Shown in pieces: positions 1 through 10,930 of a stretch of DNA of 64,000 nucleotides (its first letter is position 1; every line of letters starts with the position of its first letter). This stretch comes from Hormiphora californensis (lineage: Eukaryota; Animalia; Ctenophora). The notes below the pieces were generated by a model. The model saw only the letters and a list, made by a program, of their open reading frames with translations, did not search any database and had not been told where the DNA came from. The position numbers and the translations under genes were made by a program. The stretch is taken from NCBI GenBank assembly GCA_020137815.1, contig CM035351.1, forward strand, positions 4,030,001 to 4,094,000. The letters are read 5' to 3'.

Positions 1-333
1 TCATCTTGGTGTACTCGCCACCGGGCTCCCACGCGTTCCATGTGATTTGGGAGGTAGACAGGATACCATTGTGTGTGGTTGTCATTACACTACACCTACT
101 GATCAGGATTCAAGGTTAGGAAACTCTCCGTTTATAAAGTAGTTTCTAGGATGTAAATTTTATGACTGGGTGCGACACACAAGATCTAATATAACTCATT
201 CCGGATCTTACTTATATTACACCATTTATACTCGGTCTCCTTTAGAACTGGCGGTGTTACTGGTGGTCAGGAACCGACCGAATTAAGTAAACAACCAATC
301 AGAACTCGTTATTTAGGTCACATGACTGGTTAT

Positions 334-2207
334 GAGTTGTGCAGCAAGACTTATCTCTTTCTGCACAACTCAATGATCTCGTTTCACACGAGCGATCTTG
401 GGATTTCCCAGCGAACATGGTATATCCAGCGACTAAACCGAAACGAATCATAATATGTAACCATAGTTCACATTTAATCTCTACAATTCCTTCTCCCTCT
501 CTCTCTCCCGCAAAGAGAGAAACTGTTTTCCAGTTTAACGCTCTCTCTCTCTCCAATCTCCCTTTTTTACGGCAGAAATACACTCTCCCCCTCAGTCTAA
601 CGCTCTCTCTTCTTTTTTTACAGAAGAAACGATATCTCTCTCTCCCCTTAAACTACGCGATATGTCACGCACTGTGCTAATTAAAAAAATCCATCTTCAC
701 TTCCTAACTCAGTTGTGCAGCAAGACTTATCTCTTTCTGCACAACTCAACGATCTCGTTTCACACGAGCGATCTTGGGATTTCCCAGCGAACATGGTATA
801 TCCAGCGACTAAACCGAAACGAATCATAATATGTAACCATAGTTCACATTTAATCTCTACAATTCCTTCTCCCTCTCTCTCTCCCGCAAAGAGAGAAACT
901 GTTTTCCAGTTTAACGCTCTCTCTCTCTCCAATCTCCCTTTTTTACGGCAGAAATACACTCTCCCCCTCAGTCTAACGCTCTCTCTTCTTTTTTTACAGA
1001 AGAAACGATATCTCTCTCTCCCCTTAAACTACGCGATATGTCACGCACTGTGCTAATTAAAAAAATCCATCTTCACTTCCTAACTCAGTTGTGCAGCAAG
1101 ACTTATCTCTTTCTGCACAACTCAACGATCTCGTTTCACACGAGCGATCTTGGGATTTCCCAGCGAACATGGTATATCCAGCGACTAAACCGAAACGAAT
1201 CATAATATGTAACCATAGTTCACATTTAATCTCTATTATTTGCCTCCACCCACCCCTCCGCCCACCCCCCCACCCCACCCCTCCTCCCCACCCACCTCCC
1301 CCGCCTCACCCGTCCCAAAGTAGAGGACTTTCTGAAACAGGTTACTATAGAGACAATCCTTGTGTTCTAATTCGCTAAGTCGCTTATCGCGTGTAAGTGT
1401 GTAACAACTCACAAATGTAGTAGCAAAACTACTCCCCCGATACTGCTTTGCAGGTACGCTGCTCCTGCAGGCGTACAGATACTAATTTTTGAGTAAATAC
1501 TATCTGGTTGAATAACAATTTCAAGATCTAGATCTAAAATAAACCTCCGATATTTTTTAATCCCTACTACCCTCCACCCGCCCCGAACCGCCCCGCCCAC
1601 CACCAATATATTCATACTAAACAAAACCGTGGACTGAGAACAAATCCTTGCTAGTTCAGCCTTCTAACCTAATCGGACTTAATTAGTCCTAATCAGACAG
1701 ATAGGTCTCACATTACACATATAATACGTACAATACCCGTCCTGCCACTTATAATGTAAACCTACCATATGCCAGACCAATTCAAGATACTATAATACTA
1801 TAATAATGAAACTCCAAACACCTAATATGTGGGTGACCTAAAATCCTAAAAACGGAGGCAAAACCTCGTACAATAACCTATGTAAAACGATAATAAACCA
1901 CACCGCGGTAGCTATCAAGCTAATCGAGACTAAAGAATAGAAAGCGACATCCCCTCTTGTCGCAGGGGGATAGAGCCACCCGACGGAGCCAAGAATCACA
2001 GAAAGAAGAATCAAGATTCTGCGACTCTCGAAGGAGTTTAGTCTCCCGAACCCGAAGCCACCTATAATGCGAACCTGTCCTGTGGTCAGTTCCTGATGGT
2101 GGGGGAGGGGAGGGGGCTATTCTCCTAGTGCCGGCGATATCGCTTTGCGATAGTCCCCTGTGGGCTTGCCGTTGGCAAGCCCAGGCACTCCGTAGATAGA
2201 TAGATAG
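334..2207 (+). mobile_element. Non-autonomous non-LTR retroposon with 5' tandem monomers, structured 3' end and (TAGA)n tail
   Basis: 12-bp TSD ATGACTGGTTAT (322-333, 2208-2219); (TAGA)n tail ~2193-2207; 3' ~180 bp shared with the copies at 2687-2865 (+) and ~2461-2580 (-); no RT ORF. Confidence 0.75.
335..1234 (+). repeat. 376-bp tandem repeat, ~2.4 copies
   Basis: Near-identical units start at 335, 711 and 1087; they produce the duplicated ORF translations in the track. Confidence 0.95.
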
Positions 2208-2460
2208 ATGACTGGTTATCAGCCAATCAGGGACCAGTATTTCCTGATTCGGTCGGTTCCTGCTGGTGGTTTTAGGGGCACAGCAAGTTCCGCATGATTT
2301 CATCCTGTGTGCGACAGGGCTAGTTGTAGGCCAGTGACGTTCTGAATATGACACCATGCTTCCAAATACTTGACGGGCCTGAACCGCCAGTTCATAATAC
2401 ATACCATGGAGTATTATAGGTTATTCCTGCTTCCCCGAATTTTGAACATAAACTCATCTG

Positions 2461-2580
2461 ACTACTACTACTACTACTACTACTACTACGAGTCCACGGG
2501 CTTGCCAACGGCAAGCCCACAAGGGACTATCGCAGAGCGATAGCTGGCACTAGGATAGCAGACCCCCACCAACGGGAACT
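2461..2580 (-). mobile_element. Diverged minus-strand 3'-end copy of the same retroposon family with a (TAG)n tail
   Basis: Reverse complement contains CTAGTGCC..TATCGCTCTGCGATAGTCCCTTGTGGGCTTGCCGTTGGCAAGCCC followed by (TAG)n; 5' boundary uncertain. Confidence 0.7.
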
Positions 2581-2686
2581 ACCATATGGCTAATTATAAG
2601 ATACGTCTCTCGATTCAGGGGTATTTTTCCGGTTAGTCAGGTAATCTTGTAATTGTCTTCGTTTATAAATAACAAGGGTGCCAGTT

Positions 2687-2865
2687 GAAGGAGTTTACCC
2701 TCCCGAACCCGAAGCCACCTATAATGGAACCTGTCCTGTGGGCAGTTCCTGATGGAGGGGAGGGGAGGGGGGCTATTCTCCTAGTGCCGGCGATATCGCT
2801 TTGCGATAGTCCCCTGTGGGCTTGCCGTTGGCAAGCCCAGGCACTCCGTAGATAGATAGAGATAG
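2687..2865 (+). mobile_element. 5'-truncated copy of the retroposon
   Basis: Near-identical to 2031-2207; (TAGA)n tail; 13-bp TSD AAGGGTGCCAGTT at 2674-2686 and 2866-2878. Confidence 0.85.
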
Positions 2866-3728
2866 AAGGGTGCCAGTTCCTCACAGGAAACTATCCGTGT
2901 CCACTCCATGATTGAGTTGTTGTTTTGGTTAAGATATCCGAATACCAGTGGGAGAAATTAAATATATTCATCCATTTCCTTTAGATCTTTCGAGTTGTGG
3001 TCGTGACTGACGTTTGAGTGATTGTGGAACAGGTAGGGGTTTCTGCATTTTTACCGAGACGGTTGTTGTTTTGAATGTGCCATGTGGATGCCGACGTTGT
3101 TGGGCGCTTTGCCATTCGTCATTTTCCGCATCACAATGCCGCTGTAGTGTTCTCGACGTCGGTCGGCGTTGAAGGCGGTACGGGATCCTTCACCGATTGC
3201 GAATCATAATTCGTATTTCGTAACGCTGTTTGGTTGACCGTCAAACATTGACGGTTTGCGACAGCATGGCAAAAAATCTTTCGGGTTGGTTAACGCTGCA
3301 GAGGCCTGTATTGCATGCCTATCCTTCCAGCTAGCCCACTGTGCACTCGACAGCCGACTTCCGAGTTGGCAAATGCTACACGGTATAAAGGCAGCGTTTT
3401 TGCCTTTTCAAACTTCCGAGTTGGCCTATGCTACAGAAGCCGTGGAAAACGCGCGCACTTGGGGTCTGCAGCGCATGCCAAACTTCCGAGTTTTAAAAAA
3501 AAGAAGTTCAAGTTTTAAAAAAATGACCTGAAAACATTTTGAGATGCCGAAAAGTTCAGCGCGGCTCAGCATTTGTTAATGGAACGCGCAAAAATTTGCT
3601 CAAAAATCGCTGCGGCGCGCCAATTTAGAATTTATATTTGTAAGGTTCCAGATAAAATTTTAAACTTCAAGAGCTCTTTTTTACAAATTTGACGTTTTTT
3701 TTGTCACCTTTGACCCTCAGACCCGCTG

Positions 3729-3908
3729 TAAAGTCGGATTTTTTGAAGTTGTCACCCCCTTTCCGTGCGCGGAATGTTTTTGCGCGTCACATCACATGTT
3801 AACGTGTAGTGTGCGCGTCAAAATTTTTTTTTTTTTTTGCGCGTCAAAATTGATAAATTTCACATGCGCGGTCATTTTGGAGTGACAACTTCAAAAAATC
3901 CGACTTTA
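3729..3908. mobile_element. MITE with 27-bp perfect terminal inverted repeat
   Basis: TAAAGTCGGATTTTTTGAAGTTGTCAC ... GTGACAACTTCAAAAAATCCGACTTTA; TA at both ends. Confidence 0.75.
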
Positions 3909-4005
3909 TAATGCAATCATTATCATTTAATGATTTAAAAACTGTTCATTGGAATTTGGAAATTTCCCACAAGACGATATTAACGCCAGTTACATTTCGT
4001 AGTCA

Positions 4006-5910
4006 ATGTTAACGGGTGATTTGCCCCAGCGTGTCAAGTGTACAGGCTGTGGCCAGCCCAGACTTCTCTTCTGCTACGACTGTGTAGAGCTATGTACTTA
4101 TGAAGCTGTGCCAGAACCCATTGCTCTCCCCGTGGAATGTCATATCATTAAACACATCGAGGAACATAGCAGTAAATCAACTGCAATCCATGCTCAGCTG
4201 CTCACCACCAATACAACACTGTTTGAGTTTCCTGGAGGACAGGTCCCACCTTACACAAGCTCAGGGGATGTGGTTGTGTGTTATCCGTACCAGCATTCCC
4301 TTAATATCCCTGAATACTGTGAAGAAATCAGGGAAGGGAAGCGGATTAAACCCAAAGTAGTGTTGTTTCTAGACGGCACATGGAGCAATGTACAGCAGAT
4401 AGCAGCCAAATACAGTCACTACCCGGCTGTAAAACTCGTCTCCCATGAGACTGATTTCTGGCGGAAACATATGCGACACACTCCCCCCACCTTCCTATCA
4501 ACGATCGAGGCGGTTTACTACTTTTACAGGGAGTACTGTGGTGCGCTACAACTGGAATACCCAATCACCCAATTAGACACTGTGCTACACCTATTCAGAT
4601 CACAAATCGAACTCCAGGAAAAGAAGGAGGAGAGTCAGCTGTCTGTGATAGAGGACCCTGAAGTTTTGCAGTATCTCCAGATGGGTTTATCCCACGAGAA
4701 ACTTCTTAAAATAACACGAAGTTTATCCATTCCTCCCAAGTTTACCACCCTTCGTGTTAACACACTTCACACAACAATTGAAGCAGCAGCTGCTAAATTA
4801 AAAGAACATTTGGGCAAGTCCTACTCAGTCTCCCGACACAAATCCCTACCGGATGTTTTGGTAATCTCAGGGAAACAGCGGAGCTCTCTGACTCTCTACC
4901 CTAACTCCGTTATTGTGGATAGAAAGTGTGGCAAGGCGGTCTTGAGAGGGGCTGATGTCTTTGCCCCTGGAGTTAAAGGCATGCCTCACCTTCCACTGGG
5001 TGCCAAGGTATCCATCCTAGTTGACAGGGACCACAAGTGCAAGAAGGGAGAAAAGCAGTTCACGGGAGCTACGGTCCACATTGGTAATGGAGTGGTGAAC
5101 CTCACTAGGGCTGATATCTACAAGAAGATTGTGAAATCTGGAGTGGCGGTGGAGGTCACCGAGAGACTAATATCTGTCCCCTCACTACATGGTTACCGTC
5201 CTGATCTCTTCTTTCTTCAAAACCTGCCATCTCTCCTGGTGTCCCATGTGCTAGCCCCTGAACCAGGGCACTCAGTGTTGGATATGTGTGCTGCCCCGGG
5301 CGGGAAAACAACCCACTTGGCTCAGCTAATGGGGAACTGTGGAACTATTGTAGCGTTAGAGAAAGTGGGACACAAAGTGGAGGAATTGCGGGCACTACGG
5401 GACAAACTTGGATTGTCCTGTATTACCATTCACAAGTGGGACTCCACTGAAGTGTTTGATGCTAAGGCTGACAATGATTGTTCCACCCCGCCATTTGGAG
5501 AGGGAACCTTTGATCGAGTGTTAGTTGATGTACCATGTAGTGCACTAGGTCAGAGACCCCAACTCTCCATCCAAAGCCGATATTCCCAGATCTCTTCTTA
5601 CCCGTCGTACCAGTGGCGTTTCCTGGCAGATGCGGCCCGTTTGTGCAAGGTGGGAGGTTCCCTCGTGTTCTCAACTTGTTCCCTGCCTGTCCAGGAGAAC
5701 GAGGGTCTGGTTGCTAGGTTACTACGGGAGAGAAGTGACATGGAACTGGTACCGGCACTACCACTCCTTGGCGAGCCAGGGTGTGCGGATCAGCTGACAG
5801 AAGAGCAGTGCAGGATGGTCCAGAGGTTTACACCAGACTCATATGGGGGTGTTGATTCTGATACTATTGGGTTCTTTTTAGCCAAGTTTATAAAATGTGC
5901 TAGTGTGTGA
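4006..5910 (+). CDS. DTWD1-NSUN6: Intronless fusion of a DTWD1-like tRNA acp3U transferase and an NSUN6-like tRNA m5C methyltransferase (PUA + MTase), 634 aa
   Basis: N-half: CxxC..FCYDC, IIKH..KSTAIHA, LDGTW (DXTW), LSTIEAVYYF. C-half: PPKFTTLRVN, AVLRGADVFAPG, QNLPS, LDMCAAPGGKT, FDRVLVDVPCS.LGQRP, FSTCS..ENE. Confidence 0.9.
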   Translation: MLTGDLPQRVKCTGCGQPRLLFCYDCVELCTYEAVPEPIALPVECHIIKHIEEHSSKSTAIHAQLLTTNTTLFEFPGGQVPPYTSSGDVVVCYPYQHSLNIPEYCEEIREGKRIKPKVVLFLDGTWSNVQQIAAKYSHYPAVKLVSHETDFWRKHMRHTPPTFLSTIEAVYYFYREYCGALQLEYPITQLDTVLHLFRSQIELQEKKEESQLSVIEDPEVLQYLQMGLSHEKLLKITRSLSIPPKFTTLRVNTLHTTIEAAAAKLKEHLGKSYSVSRHKSLPDVLVISGKQRSSLTLYPNSVIVDRKCGKAVLRGADVFAPGVKGMPHLPLGAKVSILVDRDHKCKKGEKQFTGATVHIGNGVVNLTRADIYKKIVKSGVAVEVTERLISVPSLHGYRPDLFFLQNLPSLLVSHVLAPEPGHSVLDMCAAPGGKTTHLAQLMGNCGTIVALEKVGHKVEELRALRDKLGLSCITIHKWDSTEVFDAKADNDCSTPPFGEGTFDRVLVDVPCSALGQRPQLSIQSRYSQISSYPSYQWRFLADAARLCKVGGSLVFSTCSLPVQENEGLVARLLRERSDMELVPALPLLGEPGCADQLTEEQCRMVQRFTPDSYGGVDSDTIGFFLAKFIKCASV

Positions 5911-5936
5911 TGTTTATGTTGTTTTATTGTTTTAGT

Positions 5937-7013
5937 ATGGCCGTGTCGAGGAAGAAGTTGTGTCTGATTGCTGCGATGGACAGCGCGAGGGGAATCGGGA
6001 AGAACAATGAATTACCTTGGAGATGTAGGTAGGGAGATCTGCATGATAATTACTAATTATGGGGTCGTTAATTAATCATTATAATAACTATTTAGTTATG
6101 AGGTCCCTATAAATCACATCCGATCACTAGTCAGCCACTAACCATGGGATAATTCCAGGAAAGAGTACCGGCATTTCATAAGTATGACAACCACGGCAGA
6201 GGAGGGGAAGGAAAATGCCGTGATAATGGGGAAGAACACCTGGGTCAGTATACCGGATAAGTTCAAACCTTTGAAAAGGCGAAGGAACTTTGTCATTTCT
6301 GGATCTCTTAAATGGTAAAGAGCTAATGACCCGGGCTCTCACGAAGTTTTATTATCTTCCATCTCCCTCGTAAACATATAGAATGAACCGAAGATCGTGA
6401 GACCATTATCATTATTTAGGTGCCGGCAGGACGAGGAAAAGCTTGTCTTTTGTGATAATTAATTAACCACTAATTGATTAATTCCCCCTGCAGTGGTGAT
6501 TTGCCGGATGAAGTTGCGGTGTTTCCCAGCCTATCGTCCTGTCTGGAAGAGATTGAACAAGATGCATCCATTGATAAAGTCTGGCTAGTTGGGGGATCTG
6601 GAATTTACAAGGTGAGAAATTGTATCCGGATCATTGTTCGTGTGGTAAGATGATATATCAAGCTTGATATAACATACTGTGAATTATAATGTTAATGATA
6701 GTAAAATGAGCAATATCAATCAGGAAGGTTTAAAAAGTGATAGGCTACACCGAATATATCTGACCAAGTTGAAGGACTCCTTTGATTGTGATGTTTTCTT
6801 TCCATTCTTCGACGAAACACATTTCAACATTGTTAGGTAAATCAACATTTTGTGATAACTGAATTCGTTTTACATAAATTGTTTTGTCTATTGTCATATT
6901 AAATAATCTCCATTTTCAGGGATCCTCTGGTTCCGGAAGGAGAACAGAGTGAGGACAATGGAATCTCGTGGACCGTTACTGTCTACGAAACTAACAAACA
7001 AAATGAATGTTAA
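5937..7013 (+). CDS. DHFR: Dihydrofolate reductase, 5 exons
   Basis: Exons joined at GT-AG sites give [76 protein letters not shown]; stop TAA 7011-7013. Confidence 0.93.
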
Positions 7014-7050
7014 CATTATTTGAGATCTACGAACCCACACTAAACATTAT

Positions 7051-8084
7051 CTAAGTGAGCTCAGCAGCAAATAAACAACAAACAGGAGCTTTCAACTTAA
7101 AAAACGAGAATATTGCTCTGTCCTCCCATTCCAGACTCCCCCACTGTTCCATAAAAATGTCATCGAATGCATGGCCATCGGGTCCGTTGCAAAAGTGAGT
7201 GGAGAGAATGTTGTACATGCTCATCATATCAAACTGCCTTTTAGCTCGCCTTGACATCCCTGCCGTGCATGTGCACGCATTTGTCTTGCCAATCATGGCC
7301 GTAATTCTGGAAATCCTCGCTTCACCTCGTCTCAGTACCTCACAACCAAACCTTGATTTCAGCCCGTCTGACTTGCAGAGCACATCCCCAGACATTTCCA
7401 TAGTTGTCTGCATGACACGCTCTGAAATTTCCTCGCAGCAAAACAAGTTTCTTGCTGATGTAGGGATTCCCTTGCTAAGACAATGATAAAGAGCGACCCT
7501 CTGGTCCTGTCGTTTGGTCGTGTACCAGTATTTTGCACCCTCTAGGGCATCTCCAAGAATATCCTCCCCGTGGGTATAGTCAGTGCTCTTGTCACTTTTA
7601 CACAGGTGGTCACTTACTAGAAGTGCTAACTGAAATGGGTACAATCATTGGTGACGCAGTCACCCTTCGGCCTCCATTACCAGCCGCGTGAAGTGCGGCA
7701 AACGAAGCCCGAACATAGTAGGGGATGGCATCACCAAGTACAATCAGACCAATAAAACGTGATTTTAAAGTGATTAAAAAATACGTACCAATCTAAAGAA
7801 GCCCATTTTACCGGGGTCCAATTCGCTGATCCAATCCAGAGAGCCCGTACAAAGATATGTTCTTATCATACTAATTCCCACGGTAAGACTACCCATAAAG
7901 TCTTCTGGTACAATGTCTCCTGCACTGAATATAATTTGGCAAGATGAGAACATATTAATTGTAGATTTGACTGATCCGTTTGTACTGAGTTTGAGCTAGT
8001 TTGAGTTGCCTGATATTGTGTCTAAGCTACCTACCCGTGTACTGCTACCATCATTGGAGCAAGAAATAGAAGCAAACAATTCAT
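7051..8084 (-). CDS. Uncharacterised, probably secreted Cys-containing protein (multi-exon)
   Basis: First exon MNCLLLFLAPMMVAVHG (signal-like) ends at a GTAGGT donor; middle exon GDIVPEDF..; ~190-codon last exon after a TTTCAG acceptor; no family recognised. Confidence 0.55.
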
Positions 8085-8568
8085 GGTGGGATGCGAAATG
8101 AGAGATTTAGTGCTCCCCCATTACTAACGAAATGATCCATTGTCCATCTGGTGTGTTGTTTTGCCCCTCTACTGTCTCGCTACCCCCCCCCCCCCCTCAG
8201 TCAGGTTATAGCAGGTCATAGGGGACGGGTCCCTGTTGTGGTGCACTTTTTAGCATAAGGATAACAGTGTGTGTTACATGCATCTTGTGTGAAGATCAAT
8301 GCTGTTAGGTGCCTAACCAATTAAAAAATAGGATCACCTGCTACCAATCGACAGATAATTATATTAGTTTTACGTTTTTTTAACAGTGACCATTATATTT
8401 GTATATTCAGGACTTATTATGTATTTTACATTATTTCTATCCAATAGTAAAGTGTGATGTTGTTTACTCTGATTCCTATCCCCTCCACCCCCCTCCCCCA
8501 TTCCTAAACTCTCATCAAATCCCTGATCGCCATAGGAAATGAGAACAGGATGAGAAGAGGGGCCAATA

Positions 8569-10621
8569 ATGTTCAAAAACTTGAAACAAAAAACTCTCAA
8601 CAACTCCTCAGCGGGTGATTCCTCTCTCCTCAGCTCTCGAAGTATCAGTTCCAACTCCCTCAACAATGACAACCCGGACACGCTCCACCAGTCAGTTGAT
8701 AGCTTGAACAGTGACCCACCCGTCAGTCAGAATGTAACTCACTTTGGTAACCTCCAGGACATAATATCGGACCTCCGGGCGGAGATAGAAAAGAAAGATG
8801 CGGAGAACAAGAAGTTGCACAAGTACTCCCGTGAAGCGGAGAGGAGGATTAACGAGCTGGTTGAGAACTGGACGAAGGAGGTGGAAGGTAGGAATAGTCT
8901 GGAGAGAGCGTACGATAAACTAGAGGATAACCATCAGATTGAGCTGAGTAATGTCAGGGAAAAGGGAGAACAGGAGCGGTTACACGCTTGTAACCAGTTA
9001 CAAAACCAGATCGACCGGCTGAAGAAGGATAATGAGAAGTTGGGTAAGAAGGGTGGGGGAGGAGATGCTGTCGCTTGGCAGAACAAGGCAGAATCACTGG
9101 AGATGGCGTACAATGAACTACTGGAGTTGCAGGAACACAGTGAGGTCCAAGTTCAGAAAATGAAGGATCTCATCAAGATGAAGGATGCTGAGCTCCAGGC
9201 GTTGGAGAACAAGTTTGTTGAAACTGAAGAACGATTCAAACAACAAAGCACTGCTACAGCTGAGGGCAATGGTTCTGATGATACGACCGATAAGCCCCAC
9301 CCTGATGTGGAAGTTCTCACTTGGAAAGTTGCCAAAGCGGAACAGGAGGTGGAAGATCTGGAGAAGCAGGTTGTAAAGTTGGAGATTGAGCTTGAGGAAA
9401 CTACCCAGAAGTCCGCTGATAAAGACTTCCGAGTGAACAGGCTCCGTGAGGATATCAAAAACAAGGATCTGGTAATTGAGACCCAGAGAGCGGATGCGTT
9501 GGAGCTTCAAAATGCCCTTGACAGAACGTCTAACATGCTCAATGAGACAAAATCTGAGTTCGAGGTGACCCGATCTAGCTACACAAAGAGTCTGAGTGAC
9601 CTACAAAGTGAAATAGACTCCATCACAGAGCAGTACAAGGAATGTAAAACGGAGAGCAGACGACAGACAGACCTGGTTGAACAACTTCAAATTGCCGCCT
9701 CCGCCACAAAGACCCTCAAAGTAAATCTCCAGGAAGACCTGTCCAGCTGGAAGACTAAATACGAGGAAGGAAGGAGTGAGTGTTTGCAGCTCTACACCGC
9801 CCAGACCGAGTTTCAGGGTGAGATTGAGCGGTTACAAGGGGAACTGGCTGCGAGGGAGACTCTGGCAGCGGAGTTAGCAGCCCTCAAAGATGAGGTTCTG
9901 GCCCTCCAGCAGACGGAGGAGGAGTTGAGGTTGGAAAAGGAGTACCTCACCGTAGCTCGGGAGAGCTGGAATAGTGAGAGAGCGGAACTGGAGGAGTCAT
10001 ACTCCAAACAGACAGACAGTTTGAATGAGAAACTACGTGATGCGAAAGAGGAGATTGGGCTGTTGCGACGCTCTAACCAGCCCACTATTCTGCCTGTGTC
10101 TAGCAACCTACAGGCCAAGTTTGTTAAGGGTGTGACCGAGGTGGATGTGACGGGGACCAGGAGCGATGATGCGGCCGAGTTGAGATCTAAAGTTGCCGAG
10201 CTAGAGAAGGAGTTGGGCTCGAAAACAAAGCAGCTGAAACAGCAACAACAACACTTGGCTGACCTAAAAAAGACAATACAGAGCGAGTTGAGAGGTGGTG
10301 TGCCCTCCCTCCTCTCAGAGAGGCAGCCCTGCCTCAGGGAGGAAGGATCAGCCCTCCTCAGCGCCTGTAGAGAATCAGCACAATCTGGGGGAGGATGTGA
10401 ATAGTGAGTATCTGAAACACTGTGTTATCAAGTTTATGTGTTCTCTTGATAATGAAACGAGTTATCTAGTTCGGGTAATCGCTGTCCTGTTGAACTTTAG
10501 CAAGGAAGAGACTTCCATTGTTAATGATGCGTTACAATATAAACAGAGTTGGTTCAAACAAGTGCCACCGAAATCGTTACGTAAATTAAAGAGTACGCGA
10601 GGGTCACCTCCAAAAAAGTAG
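8569..10621 (+). CDS. GOLGA1: Golgin-97-like coiled-coil protein with C-terminal GRIP domain (frame break near 10295-10361)
   Basis: Long coiled coil; GRIP region VNSEYLKHCVIKFM..LVRVIAVLLNFSKEE..ALQYKQSWF is in the +1 frame; joined either by a 67-nt GT-AG intron (10295-10361) or by a 1-bp indel. Confidence 0.85.
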
Positions 10622-10930
10622 AGAGTAACCTGTGTTACCATTTCGTGATGACAGGCCCACTATAAAGTGAGAAATGCTGTTGTGACAACTGTTTTGGTTT
10701 AAGTTTAATTCTGTAAAATTAATTAAGTTTCTGTTTCTGTGTAACAAACTTTGTTTTTTTCTCTCCCCCCTCCACTTTTCCCGACTATTTCTACCCCCAT
10801 GACTATCAAAAAACCCTTTTACCGCTTTAATCAAAATATCAATGACCTTCCTTTACTTACCTCTACCCTCCTGTACAACTATCACTACATAATTCTCACT
10901 ACATAACACTTCTGACTATGTACAGGTATA

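Larger units (their letters stand above)
268..2262. mobile_element. Short hAT-like MITE split by a 1.87-kb retroposon insertion (halves 268-333 and 2208-2262)
   Basis: 16-bp TIR CAGGAACCGACCGAAT (268-283) / ATTCGGTCGGTTCCTG (2247-2262); 8-bp TSD CTGGTGGT at 260-267 and 2263-2270; CAG termini with an 8-bp TSD are typical of hAT. Confidence 0.85.

Noticed and set aside
299-1378. Repeated 73-113 aa ORFs
   Set aside because: They are translations of the 376-bp tandem repeat on both strands with no protein-like features.
2090-2192. Hammerhead ribozyme in the retroposon 3' end
   Set aside because: A three-stem junction is present, but the CTGANGA and GAAA core is not in the required positions.
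10295-10361. Programmed frameshift in GOLGA1 (and similar breaks in IMPAD1 ~17185, helicase ~21680, F-box ~49555, FDXACB1 ~36070)
   Set aside because: Scattered single-base breaks in conserved genes are better explained by assembly indels or small introns; there is no conserved slippery site.
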